Assembly (NCBI GenBank): GCA_016934055.1
Contig: JAFGTR010000124.1
Span: 2,988 to 66,987, forward strand
Reading direction: 5' to 3'
Origin: Bacteroidales bacterium
Lineage (GTDB): Bacteria; Bacteroidota; Bacteroidia; Bacteroidales; UBA10428
DNA: 64,000 bases
Part shown: piece by piece, positions 38,993-47,983 of the stretch
Layout: every line of letters begins with the position of its first letter
Numbering within the stretch: the stretch's first letter is position 1
Notes under the pieces: generated by a model
Database searches by the model: none
What the model was told of the DNA's origin: nothing
What the model saw: only the letters and a program-made list of their open reading frames with translations
Program-made: the position numbers and the translations under genes

Positions 38993-39913
38993 TCAGACTG
39001 ATTCTGCTTTGTGACCCATACGGATTTTTATACGAAAATTAAGTTGTGTCAGGAAAAGACCGCCAATAACGACCACAATACCAGAAAGCTTAAAAAAAGT
39101 AAACCTGTCCTTTAAAACAAAATATGAAAATACAGCAGTAAATACCGGGATCAGGTTGGGAAAAACCGATGCCCTGGCAACACCCAATTGCTTTATGGAA
39201 TAAGTAAAAAAAACAAAAGCCAGGGCAGAACCGAACAGAGCCAGTTCAAACAGCGGAATAATCACCTGCATGGTCCATTTTATTTGCATAACATGATCCC
39301 ATTCAAAAAAAACAACCAGGGGTACAAAATAGAGTAATCCGATGAAATTCTGCCAGCTGACAATTGAAAATGAATTATACGAGAAAGTTAACCTTTTCAC
39401 CAGTACAGAATACCCGACAGCTGAAAAAACAGCAACAAACATAAGCAAGACACCCCATACAGTTGTGCCGGAAAATCCACTTTCACCGGTAATCACAATG
39501 GAAATGCCTATTATAGAAATAACAATCCCTGTGAAATTAAGCAGCGTAAAGCGTTCATGAAAAAAGATCAGGGCTGCAATGGGTGTAAAAAATGGCACTG
39601 TGGCAATAATAACCGATGCAAGTGTTGAAGAGATCATTTTAATACCGAAGCTCTCCCCTACAAAATAAAGAAATGGTTCAAAAAAGGCCAGAAACATGAA
39701 AACAGGCAGATCCTTACGATTGATCCGCTGCAACTTCCCTGCAAAAAAAGAAAAAACGAGAAGTACAGGGGTGGCAATCAACAATCGCAGAAACACCATT
39801 GACAGAGGGCGCAGAACAACATACACCTGCTTGTACCAAATATAAGTCATGCCCCAGAACATCATAGCCAATATAACGGCTGTATAAACAATAAAACGTT
39901 GCTTATTACTCAT
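38993..39913 (-). CDS. EamA/DMT-family transporter
   Basis: 306-aa ORF with about ten TM helices arranged as two similar halves, which is the drug/metabolite transporter architecture. Confidence 0.7.
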   Translation of the reverse strand: MSNKQRFIVYTAVILAMMFWGMTYIWYKQVYVVLRPLSMVFLRLLIATPVLLVFSFFAGKLQRINRKDLPVFMFLAFFEPFLYFVGESFGIKMISSTLASVIIATVPFFTPIAALIFFHERFTLLNFTGIVISIIGISIVITGESGFSGTTVWGVLLMFVAVFSAVGYSVLVKRLTFSYNSFSIVSWQNFIGLLYFVPLVVFFEWDHVMQIKWTMQVIIPLFELALFGSALAFVFFTYSIKQLGVARASVFPNLIPVFTAVFSYFVLKDRFTFFKLSGIVVVIGGLFLTQLNFRIKIRMGHKAESV

Positions 39914-40270
39914 GGCATGCTTTTTGTGCTACATATTGGTTTTAAAAGAAAAGAATTATAACGGATAAAGAACTGACAAATATATCAGAAGAAAAACATC
40001 TGAACAAAAAGCCCCGGCAGGTATTGAATTCCTGTAAGGTCTCTGGTTCAATACAACTGATAAATGTATGCATTTTATGGTGGTGTTTGTTGACTATTAT
40101 CTGAATTATTTTCAGAACAAAATTTTGATTTCCGGTAAAAAATTCTTAATTTGAGAATAATTATTTCGGAATCAGGTTTATATAGAATTTCCACTGGTAA
40201 GTATGCAACAAAAATGGTTTTTTTTTGTTATTGTTAAACAGAAGGTAATTATAACAAGCAGGAGGATAAG

Positions 40271-41131
40271 ATGAGGCAGTTAAAGATCACAAAATCAATC
40301 ACAAACAGGAACAGCGATTCGTTGGAGAAGTACCTGCACGATATTGGTAAGGAAGAACTTATTACACCGGAAGAAGAAGTTGAACTTGCCAAACGCATTA
40401 AAATGGGCGATCAGGAGGCTCTTGAGAAACTTACCAAGGCCAACCTGCGGTTTGTTGTTTCCGTAGCCAAACAGTATCAGCACCAGGGTCTCAGTTTACC
40501 TGACCTTATCAATGAGGGCAATCTTGGTCTGATTAAGGCTGCAAAGAAATTTGACGAAACCAAGGGATTCAAATTCATATCTTATGCAGTATGGTGGATC
40601 CGTCAATGCATTTTACAGGCGCTTGCTGAACAGTCGAGAATTGTTCGCCTGCCCCTTAACAAAATAGGGGCTTTAAACAAAATCAATAAAGCTTTTTCAC
40701 AGCTTGAACAACAGCACGAACGCGAACCATCTCCTGACGAGGTAGCATCTATGCTAGAACTCCCGGAAGAAAAGGTGTCCAACACACTCGAACTATCCGG
40801 CAGGCATCTCTCTGTTGATGCACCTTTCCAGGATGGAGAAGATAACAGCCTGCTTGATGTACTGCCAAGCGCCGATACTCCCACCACCGACAGCAAGCTC
40901 CTTGAAGAATCGCTTATGGTGGAAATAGAAAGAACCCTCAATACTCTGCCTGATAAGGAAAGCAGCGTAATAAGGGCATTCTATGGCATCGGCACAAAAC
41001 CCTTATCCCTCGAGGAAATAGGGCAGTCGATAGGCATTTCAAGGGAAAGAACACGACAGATCAAGGAAAAAGCCATCAAACATCTGAGGCAGAAGACAAA
41101 AAATAAGCTGTTAAAAGCCTATCTGGGATAA
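40271..41131 (+). CDS. rpoD: primary RNA polymerase sigma factor (Bacteroidota-type short RpoD/SigA)
   Basis: 286-aa ORF. Region 2 is [35 protein letters not shown]. Region 4 is [29 protein letters not shown]. Confidence 0.92.
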   Translation: MRQLKITKSITNRNSDSLEKYLHDIGKEELITPEEEVELAKRIKMGDQEALEKLTKANLRFVVSVAKQYQHQGLSLPDLINEGNLGLIKAAKKFDETKGFKFISYAVWWIRQCILQALAEQSRIVRLPLNKIGALNKINKAFSQLEQQHEREPSPDEVASMLELPEEKVSNTLELSGRHLSVDAPFQDGEDNSLLDVLPSADTPTTDSKLLEESLMVEIERTLNTLPDKESSVIRAFYGIGTKPLSLEEIGQSIGISRERTRQIKEKAIKHLRQKTKNKLLKAYLG

Positions 41132-41137
41132 ACAACC

Positions 41138-41175
41138 AAATGTCAGACATCCTCACAGGCGTCTGACATTTTTTT
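41138..41175 (+). terminator. intrinsic terminator after rpoD, possibly bidirectional for trpA
   Basis: AAATGTCAGAC (41138-41148) pairs with GTCTGACATTT (41161-41171), and a T run follows. The trpA stop codon (41174-41176, minus strand) lies inside the T run. Confidence 0.75.
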
Positions 41176-41950
41176 ATTTCTTCAAAATCCTGTGGCAGAA
41201 CTTCCTGATCTTTTCCTCCGGGTCACCTACTCCATGCAATGCTTTCACAAAGGCACTCCCAATAATTGCCCCCTGAGCATAACGGCAGGCAACAGAAAAG
41301 GTGTCATGTGAAGAGATACCAAAGCCAATCAGCCTCGGATTTCTTAATTTCATATTATCTATTCGCTCAAAATAATCGATCTGGGCAGTAGAAAAACCTT
41401 TCCTGACACCGGTCGTGGAAGAAGCCGATACCATATATATAAAACCATTGCTTACCTTATCAATAAGACGTATGCGGTTTTCAGCCGTCTGAGGTGAGAT
41501 AAGGAATACAAATTTTAAGTGATATTTTGCAAAAACACTTTTATATTCTTCCAGATACAGGTCCAGCGGCAAATCGGGCAATATAACGCCATCAATACCC
41601 GCTTCGCTGCATCTGAGGCAGAAATTTTCCATGCCAAACTGCATAACAGGATTCAGATAACCCATCATGATCAAAGGAATCGTAACCTCTTTACGCAGGT
41701 CTATAAGCTGTTCAAAAAGCAGATTGAGTGTCATCCCGTTTTTTAATGCCCTGTCACTGCTTTTTTGAATAACAGGACCGTCAGCCATGGGATCGGAAAA
41801 AGGAATACCGATTTCTATCATATCTGCACCTGCTTTAGCCAACGCTTTAATAATAAAAGCTGTTGAATCGAGCAACGGGTAACCTGCTGTACAATAAACT
41901 GACAATATGTTCCCTTGTTTTTGCTGAAAAAGTTTGTTAATACGATTCAT
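41174..41950 (-). CDS. trpA: tryptophan synthase alpha chain
   Basis: 258-aa ORF with IEIGIPFSDPMADGPVIQ and GFGISS motifs. Last gene of the trp operon. Confidence 0.93.
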   Translation of the reverse strand: MNRINKLFQQKQGNILSVYCTAGYPLLDSTAFIIKALAKAGADMIEIGIPFSDPMADGPVIQKSSDRALKNGMTLNLLFEQLIDLRKEVTIPLIMMGYLNPVMQFGMENFCLRCSEAGIDGVILPDLPLDLYLEEYKSVFAKYHLKFVFLISPQTAENRIRLIDKVSNGFIYMVSASSTTGVRKGFSTAQIDYFERIDNMKLRNPRLIGFGISSHDTFSVACRYAQGAIIGSAFVKALHGVGDPEEKIRKFCHRILKK

Positions 41951-41955
41951 TATTA

Positions 41956-42023
41956 TTTGTTGATTTGTTGACCTGCCTGCCGGCAGGCAGGTTTGTTGAT
42001 TTGCTGGCCTGCCTGCCGTCAGG
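41956..42023. repeat. two copies of a 32-nt direct repeat (period 36), the first containing a perfect 22-nt palindrome, in the trpB-trpA spacer
   Basis: TTTGTTGATTTGTTGACCTGCCTGCCGGCAGG (41956-41987) and TTTGTTGATTTGCTGGCCTGCCTGCCGTCAGG (41992-42023) match at 29 of 32 positions. ACCTGCCTGCCGGCAGGCAGGT (41971-41992) is its own reverse complement. Confidence 0.85.
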
Positions 42024-42083
42024 TTGTCAGTCTTATGGTTACAATTCTAAATCCTTCCATCTTCGATCTTCCTTCTTCGATCT

Positions 42084-43274
42084 TTAATCTTTAATTTCCT
42101 CCATATACTTTATATAAGTTGCCATATCTTTATCTCCCCTGCCCGAAAGATTTATGATCACCACATCCTCCGGTTTAAATGTATATTTATCAAGAAATGC
42201 AAGAGCATGAGCCGATTCAAGAGCCGGAATAATGCCTTCGAGTCTGGTCAGCCGATATGCTGCTGTCAGGGCTTCCTCATCGGTAGCATTTTCAAAAACT
42301 GCCCGTCCGATCTTATACAGATATGAATGTATCGGGCCGATTCCAGGATAATCGAGTCCGGCTGATAGTGAATACGGCTCAATGATCTGTCCGTCATCAG
42401 TTTGCATAAGCATGCTTCTGCAACCATGCAGAATACCGGGCCTTCCGGTAACCATTGTGGCAGCAGATTCACCACTGTCAATACCCTTGCCGCCTGCCTC
42501 AACAGCGATCAGTTTAACATCTTCATTATCCAGATAATGATAGAATGCCCCTGCAGCATTGCTTCCACCACCAACACAGGCAATGATATAATCAGGGTTT
42601 TCATTTCCTGTCTGCTCTTTCAACTGCCACCTGATCTCTTCGCTGATGATTGACTGCAGGCGTGTTACCAGATCAGGATATGGATGAGGGCCAACGACTG
42701 ATCCGATGATATAATGTGTATCCACAGGATTGTTGATCCAGTCTCTTATAGCTTCATTTGTAGCATCTTTAAGTGTCATATTGCCACTGTAAACAGGGAC
42801 AACTTCAGCTCCAAGCATTTTCATCCGCAACACATTGGGCGCCTGACGTTCAACATCGAGCTTCCCCATGTAAACAACACATTTTAAACCCATCAACGCA
42901 CATACCGTAGCCGTGGCAACGCCATGCTGTCCTGCACCTGTTTCAGCAATGATCCTTGTTTTTCCCAGCCTGCGTGCAATGATGATCTGTCCGATTGTAT
43001 TGTTGATCTTATGAGCACCTGTATGCGTTAAATCCTCCCTTTTAAGATAGACCTGCGTTTTATAATAGTCTGATAATCTTTTGGCATAATATAATGGTGT
43101 TGGCCGGCCGACATAGTCCTTCAACAACTTTCTGAACTCCTGCTGAAAGTCATTATCCTTTAGTATTGTAAGATAATGATGCTGCAGTTCCCTGACATTC
43201 GGATATAACATTTCGGGAATAAATGCGCCTCCGTATTCACCATAAAAGCCTTTTTTGTTTACCTCATAATTCAT
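42084..43274 (-). CDS. trpB: tryptophan synthase beta chain
   Basis: 396-aa ORF with the PLP-lysine context LKREDLTHTGAHKINN, GAGQHGVATA and GGGSNAAG. Confidence 0.95.
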   Translation of the reverse strand: MNYEVNKKGFYGEYGGAFIPEMLYPNVRELQHHYLTILKDNDFQQEFRKLLKDYVGRPTPLYYAKRLSDYYKTQVYLKREDLTHTGAHKINNTIGQIIIARRLGKTRIIAETGAGQHGVATATVCALMGLKCVVYMGKLDVERQAPNVLRMKMLGAEVVPVYSGNMTLKDATNEAIRDWINNPVDTHYIIGSVVGPHPYPDLVTRLQSIISEEIRWQLKEQTGNENPDYIIACVGGGSNAAGAFYHYLDNEDVKLIAVEAGGKGIDSGESAATMVTGRPGILHGCRSMLMQTDDGQIIEPYSLSAGLDYPGIGPIHSYLYKIGRAVFENATDEEALTAAYRLTRLEGIIPALESAHALAFLDKYTFKPEDVVIINLSGRGDKDMATYIKYMEEIKD

Positions 43275-43277
43275 GAA

Positions 43278-43904
43278 TTATATGTTTTTAATTGTTTTAA
43301 TAAATTCGTTTACCTTAAAAACATCTTTCATACCCGGACTAATCTCAAATCCACTGTTGATATCAACACCAATCAGGGCAGAATGCTTCAGGGCAGTAAT
43401 CTGAGCTGTGTCTTCAGGATTTATGCCTCCACTCAGAAGAAATGGTTTAACGCCACCATAACCCTGCAATATATCCCAATTGAATTTGTCGCCACTGCCC
43501 CCGTACAGTTCTGTTCTGGTATCAAACAGAAAATAATCACAATAGGGCAAAAAAGACTCAGTCATCTGAAAATCAGTTTTCTCATCAACCCTGAAAGATT
43601 TGATAATGCTTATTCTTCTTGACTTTAACGAAGCAACATAGGAAGGATCCTCTTCGCCGTGAAGCTGCACATAATCAAGACCATAACGTTCAACCCGCTT
43701 TAACAGGATTTCCTGATCTTCATTCACAAACACTCCGACTTTATTGATATAAGGTGGCACATGCCGCAACAACCGGGGATCAAAACTATCCCCCACATAA
43801 CGCCGGGACTGAGGATAAAAGATAAAGCCTATGAAATCAGGCTTACAGGCGATTATTTCACGAATGTTTTCACGGTTTTTCAAACCGCATACTTTTACTT
43901 TCAT
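43278..43904 (-). CDS. trpF: phosphoribosylanthranilate isomerase
   Basis: 208-aa ORF starting MKVKVCGL, with DFIGFIFYPQSRRYV and GGSG..F.W. Lies between trpC and trpB. Confidence 0.9.
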   Translation of the reverse strand: MKVKVCGLKNRENIREIIACKPDFIGFIFYPQSRRYVGDSFDPRLLRHVPPYINKVGVFVNEDQEILLKRVERYGLDYVQLHGEEDPSYVASLKSRRISIIKSFRVDEKTDFQMTESFLPYCDYFLFDTRTELYGGSGDKFNWDILQGYGGVKPFLLSGGINPEDTAQITALKHSALIGVDINSGFEISPGMKDVFKVNEFIKTIKNI

Positions 43905-44692
43905 CAGATCTGTATTAGTTTTTTTATAAAAGATGAGAATGCAGTGGCCGGGTCAGGTTCCTGCATGAATTTCTCACCAATCAGAAAACCATTATAACCA
44001 CAAGCTTTCAATTGTTTTATCACCAGGGGTGAATGGATGCCGCTTTCTGTAATTTTCAGGAAATCGTGTGGGATGAGAGGTGCAATTTCAACCGAACGGT
44101 TTGTATCAACTGAAAAATTCCGCAGATCACGGTTATTAATACCAATAACCGCTATTTGTTCATTAACCATCTCAAGTTCAACAGCTTCATGTATTTCCAG
44201 AATGACCTGCAGCTCTATAGAACGGGCCAGAGCCGCCAGTTGCTTTATCCTGGCCTTATCCAGCGCCGCAGCAATTAAAAGAATAACATCGGCTCCCATG
44301 GCCCTGGACTCCTCCACCTGGTACCCGCTGATGATAAAATCCTTTCTCAGAATGGGAATAGGATTGATTTCGCGGGCACGGATCAGGTCTTCATCTGTAC
44401 CACCAAAAAATTCATTGTCGGTGAGGACTGAGAGAGCGGAAGCCCCTGCACGGAAATAACCCGTTGTGACTTCTTCAATGGTTGCCTGATCGTTAATAAT
44501 ACCCTTCGACGGAGATTTCCGTTTAAATTCAGCGATAATTCCGGTACTTTCTTTATCCAGCAGAGCCCTTTCAAGAGAAACCGTCTTCCTCATGTATGCG
44601 GGCTTCTTCCTCAACTGCTCCAGGGGTGTTCTTTCCATCCTTACCGCCAGTTCACGTTTTTTATGTTCTATTATCCTGTCAAGTATTGTCAT
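43904..44692 (-). CDS. trpC: indole-3-glycerol phosphate synthase
   Basis: 262-aa ORF with IIAEFKRKSPSKG, LSVLTD..FF.G and ILRKDFI motifs. Overlaps trpD by 4 nt and trpF by 1 nt. Confidence 0.93.
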   Translation of the reverse strand: MTILDRIIEHKKRELAVRMERTPLEQLRKKPAYMRKTVSLERALLDKESTGIIAEFKRKSPSKGIINDQATIEEVTTGYFRAGASALSVLTDNEFFGGTDEDLIRAREINPIPILRKDFIISGYQVEESRAMGADVILLIAAALDKARIKQLAALARSIELQVILEIHEAVELEMVNEQIAVIGINNRDLRNFSVDTNRSVEIAPLIPHDFLKITESGIHSPLVIKQLKACGYNGFLIGEKFMQEPDPATAFSSFIKKLIQI

Positions 44693-45684
44693 GACTGCAT
44701 TGTAATGAGTTTTTTAAACGTTTCATATGCTTTTCCGCTTTCCAAAGAATGCCTGGCCAGATCAACGCACTCATTTAATGATTTGCCGGGAAAATAACAT
44801 TGCAGGGCCAGTGCGCTGTTTGCAATCACCACCATTTGCTGCGCCCCAGTACCCTTACCCTCAAGAATTTTGCTGAAGATTTCTGCTGCCTTTTCAATGG
44901 TTTCACCATTCTTCAGGTCTGTGTTTCTCACATGACTGAAACCAAGGGCTTCGGGTGAAGCAATCTGTTCAACACCATTGAAAATCACCTTCACATCATC
45001 TGTAAGAGAAACCTCATCATATCCGTCAAGACTGTGCACGATCATAAATTGCTTTCCCGATCGCTGGTAAAGATAATTATATAATCTTGCCAGTTCGAGG
45101 CTAAACACACCTACAAATTGCTTTTGCGGAAAGCTGGGATTAATCATTGGCCCGAGAATATTTATAAATGTTTTGATTTTCAATGCCTTTCTAACAGGCA
45201 CCACGTTTTTCATGGCAGGATTAAAAAGAGGAGCATGCAAAAAACAGACTCCGGTTTTCTCCATTTCACGTTTTAACTTACCGGGATCAGCAGAAAACCT
45301 GTAGCCGAAATATTCCATAATATTCGATGATCCACAGATGGAAGAAACACCGTAATTTCCATGCTTTGCCACCGAAGCGCCGGCGCCCGCTAACACAAAA
45401 GTGGTCAGTGTGGAAATATTAAATGTGTCCTTATTATCCCCGCCGGTTCCGCAAACATCAATTGTATCAAAGTCCGAAAGATCAATTCTGGTGCAAAGGT
45501 TGAGCAATGCATCCCTAAAGCCGCTGAGCTCATCAACGGTTATGCTCCGCATAAGATAGACGGTAAGAAAAGCAGCAATTTCAGCATCGCTGTAATTACC
45601 TTTGGCAATATTGGTCAGCACTTCTTCAGCTTCAGTGCGTGATAGCGTTTTATGCTCGAATAAATAATTCAGAATTTTTCGCAT
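44689..45684 (-). CDS. trpD: anthranilate phosphoribosyltransferase
   Basis: 331-aa ORF with DVCGTGGDNKDTFNIST and KHGN..VSS.CGS motifs. Confidence 0.93.
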   Translation of the reverse strand: MRKILNYLFEHKTLSRTEAEEVLTNIAKGNYSDAEIAAFLTVYLMRSITVDELSGFRDALLNLCTRIDLSDFDTIDVCGTGGDNKDTFNISTLTTFVLAGAGASVAKHGNYGVSSICGSSNIMEYFGYRFSADPGKLKREMEKTGVCFLHAPLFNPAMKNVVPVRKALKIKTFINILGPMINPSFPQKQFVGVFSLELARLYNYLYQRSGKQFMIVHSLDGYDEVSLTDDVKVIFNGVEQIASPEALGFSHVRNTDLKNGETIEKAAEIFSKILEGKGTGAQQMVVIANSALALQCYFPGKSLNECVDLARHSLESGKAYETFKKLITMQS

Positions 45685-45738
45685 GGGTTAATGTATTTAA
45701 AATCGGTTTATTACTGAATTTATAACAGATATGGGATA

Positions 45739-46311
45739 TTAAATATCAAGCCAGTTCTTCATAATGTCGAGACCCCTTTCTGTCAGTACGGATTCCGGAT
45801 GATACTGTACTCCTCTGACATCGTATTGCTTATGGCTTATGCCCATGATGAGTCCTTTATCATCAACACAGGTGACATCAAGGCATTCGGGCAGATTACC
45901 CGGATTGATGATCCAGGAATGATATCGTCCGGCTTCAAACTCCCGCGGTATTCCCTTATATAACAGATCATCGGTTCTGGTAATGTTAACACGACCGGCT
46001 ACACCGTGATAGACCTTGTTTAGATTGATCAGCGAGCCGCCAAATGCCTCTCCAATAGCCTGATGGCCAAGACAAACACCCAGAATGCTTTTAACCGGTG
46101 CGTAATGGCGGATCAGATCGAGACAGATGCCGGCCTCAACCGGAATACCCGGTCCGGGTGACAAAAGGATCTTATCATATTCCGCAACATCTTCAAGCAA
46201 CAGCTCATCATTACGGAAAACTTTCAACGGATCATTTGTAAGCATACCGAGATAATGAACAAGGTTGTATGTAAAAGAATCATAGTTGTCAATGACCAGT
46301 ATTTTTTTCAT
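45739..46311 (-). CDS. trpG: anthranilate synthase component II (glutamine amidotransferase)
   Basis: 190-aa ORF with IDNYDSFTYNL, GVCLGHQAIG (catalytic Cys) and GVQYHPES. Confidence 0.9.
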   Translation of the reverse strand: MKKILVIDNYDSFTYNLVHYLGMLTNDPLKVFRNDELLLEDVAEYDKILLSPGPGIPVEAGICLDLIRHYAPVKSILGVCLGHQAIGEAFGGSLINLNKVYHGVAGRVNITRTDDLLYKGIPREFEAGRYHSWIINPGNLPECLDVTCVDDKGLIMGISHKQYDVRGVQYHPESVLTERGLDIMKNWLDI

Positions 46312-46329
46312 AAGTCTTTTGTTAATGTA

Positions 46330-47733
46330 TTAGCGTATTTCGGTTGCCATTTCAATAGCCTTTTTCAAGGCCCCTAATTTATTATTCACTTCCTGCAGCT
46401 CACTTTCTTCCCTTGACACAGCAACAATACCTGCCCCGGCCTGATAATACAGATGGTTGTTCTTACTCAGGAAAGTCCTTATAAGGATAGCATGATTGAG
46501 GTTGCCGTTGAAGTCGAGAAAACCGATGGCGCCACCGTAAAAGCCACGGAATTGGTTTTCGAACTCATCAATCAATTGCATAGCCTTATACTTCGGTGCG
46601 CCCGAAAGGGTTCCGGCAGGAAAAGTGGCTGTCATCATATCAACCATATCGGCATCTTTATTAAGTTCCCCAGAGACAGTGGAAACCATATGCAGTACAT
46701 GTGAATAATACTGAATTTCGCGGTAGCTGTCAACTTTCACGTTACCCGAATGACGGCTAAGATCATTTCTGGCCAGGTCGACCAGCATAACATGTTCGGC
46801 ATTCTCTTTCAAATCGGTCGATAGTTGCTGAGCCAGCAATTTGTCTTTCTCATCATCGCCGGTTCGTCTGAATGTGCCGGCGATCGGATTTATTATTGCC
46901 CTTCTTTGTTGGATTTTTAGTTGTGCTTCCGGTGAAGAACCAAATATTTTATAATTGCCATAATCAAAGAAAAACAAATAGGGTGAAGGATTAATGGAGC
47001 GCAAAGCCCGGTATACATTAAATTCATCTCCTGAAAAACGCTGTGAGTACTGGCGCGAAAGTACAATCTGGAATACATCACCACGGTAACAATGCTCCTT
47101 TCCGCGGGTTACCATTTTCATATATTCCTCATCGGTGATGTTGGAATGCTCGTCTCCTTCAGGATGAAACGGATAAGATGCAAAGTTCCTGCTTCCAAGC
47201 AGTGATGCAATCTTTTCACACTCACTGAATTCACCATCAAACTGGTTCTCGATGATGTACAACACATTCTGAAAGTGGTTGATTGCAATAATATAGCTGT
47301 AAAAACCATAACAGATCTCCGGAATTTTGCATTCTTCCCTGACAGGGGCCTTTAAAGAAATCTTTTCAAAATAACGAACCGCATCATAGCTTGTATAACC
47401 AAAGAAACCATTGACCGGTATTTTATCTTCCGTTGCTGACGGTTTAAAACAAGACATAAATTCTTTAAACCGTTTTTCAAATGAATCAAGCTGACCCCCG
47501 GACGAAGATCCATCAGGATAAGCAGCTGTATACTCACCTTTGTCAACTATAAAAGTGGCAACGGGTTTAAGGCATATAAAGGAATAGCTATTCTCATTAC
47601 CGTGATAATCAGAGCTTTCCAGTAATATGCTGTTGGGATAAATGTCCCTGATCTTTAGAAAGATACTCACCGGCGTTATTGTATCTGCCAGGAGGCGCTT
47701 TGAGGTTGTTCGGAAGGTAAATGTCTTCATCAT
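46330..47733 (-). CDS. trpE: anthranilate synthase component I
   Basis: 467-aa ORF with the chorismate-binding domain motifs NPSPYLFFF, TFPAGTLSGAPK and GFYGGAIGF. Confidence 0.93.
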   Translation of the reverse strand: MMKTFTFRTTSKRLLADTITPVSIFLKIRDIYPNSILLESSDYHGNENSYSFICLKPVATFIVDKGEYTAAYPDGSSSGGQLDSFEKRFKEFMSCFKPSATEDKIPVNGFFGYTSYDAVRYFEKISLKAPVREECKIPEICYGFYSYIIAINHFQNVLYIIENQFDGEFSECEKIASLLGSRNFASYPFHPEGDEHSNITDEEYMKMVTRGKEHCYRGDVFQIVLSRQYSQRFSGDEFNVYRALRSINPSPYLFFFDYGNYKIFGSSPEAQLKIQQRRAIINPIAGTFRRTGDDEKDKLLAQQLSTDLKENAEHVMLVDLARNDLSRHSGNVKVDSYREIQYYSHVLHMVSTVSGELNKDADMVDMMTATFPAGTLSGAPKYKAMQLIDEFENQFRGFYGGAIGFLDFNGNLNHAILIRTFLSKNNHLYYQAGAGIVAVSREESELQEVNNKLGALKKAIEMATEIR

Positions 47734-47797
47734 TTAGTGTATTTTATAGAGTACTTATATACAGTCCGGTCAAAAGGCTCCTGAAAGCTGAGCCTCA

Positions 47798-47839
47798 TTA
47801 AAAACACAAGCGGCCTACCGTGAGTACGATAGGCCGCTT
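47798..47839 (-). terminator. intrinsic terminator between the trp leader ORF and trpE (candidate attenuator; also the only terminator seen after clpX)
   Basis: Minus strand: AAGCGGCCTA-tcgtactcacgg-TAGGCCGCTT (47839-47808), followed by GTGTTTTTAA (47807-47798). Confidence 0.7.
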
Positions 47840-47869
47840 CTATTTGTATTATACAATAGTGTCAGGGTC

Positions 47870-47929
47870 TCACGGTTTTATGAGAAAACAGCTTAACCAC
47901 CACCACCATGTTGTATAAAATATCTTCAC
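47870..47929 (-). CDS. candidate trp operon leader peptide with four consecutive Trp codons
   Basis: Minus strand: GTG AAG ATA TTT TAT ACA ACA TGG TGG TGG TGG TTA AGC TGT TTT CTC ATA AAA CCG TGA = MKIFYTTWWWWLSCFLIKP. It lies between a consensus promoter and the terminator upstream of trpE. The start codon is GTG, preceded by an A6 run. Confidence 0.55.
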   Translation of the reverse strand: MKIFYTTWWWWLSCFLIKP

Positions 47930-47949
47930 TTTTTTATCTCTTATGCATG

Positions 47950-47980
47950 CAAATATACGCGATGAAATGAAAAAAACAAA
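47950..47980 (-). promoter_or_regulatory. Bacteroidota-type promoter (-33 TTTG / -7 TAnnTTTG) for the trp leader
   Basis: Minus strand: TTTG (47980-47977), a 19-nt spacer, then TATATTTG (47957-47950). The -33 element begins 3 nt after the clpX stop codon. Confidence 0.55.
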
Positions 47981-47983
47981 TAA

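Noticed and set aside
39914-40270. The 357-nt intergenic region between the EamA transporter and rpoD, considered as a possible ncRNA or riboswitch locus.
   Set aside because: I could not find a convincing conserved motif, a strong hairpin or a promoter/terminator pair by eye. It is most simply a divergent promoter region with a long rpoD 5' UTR. A covariance-model scan (Rfam) would be needed.
47862-47909. An ATG-initiated alternative mini-ORF in the trp leader region (minus strand): ATG GTG GTG GTG GTT AAG CTG TTT TCT CAT AAA ACC GTG AGA CCC TGA = MVVVVKLFSHKTVRP.
   Set aside because: It is the +1 frame of the same GTG/TGG repeat. It has a canonical ATG, but a Val run has no regulatory logic upstream of trpE, whereas the WWWW frame does. 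I cannot exclude it without conservation or ribosome-profiling data, so the leader call carries only moderate confidence.
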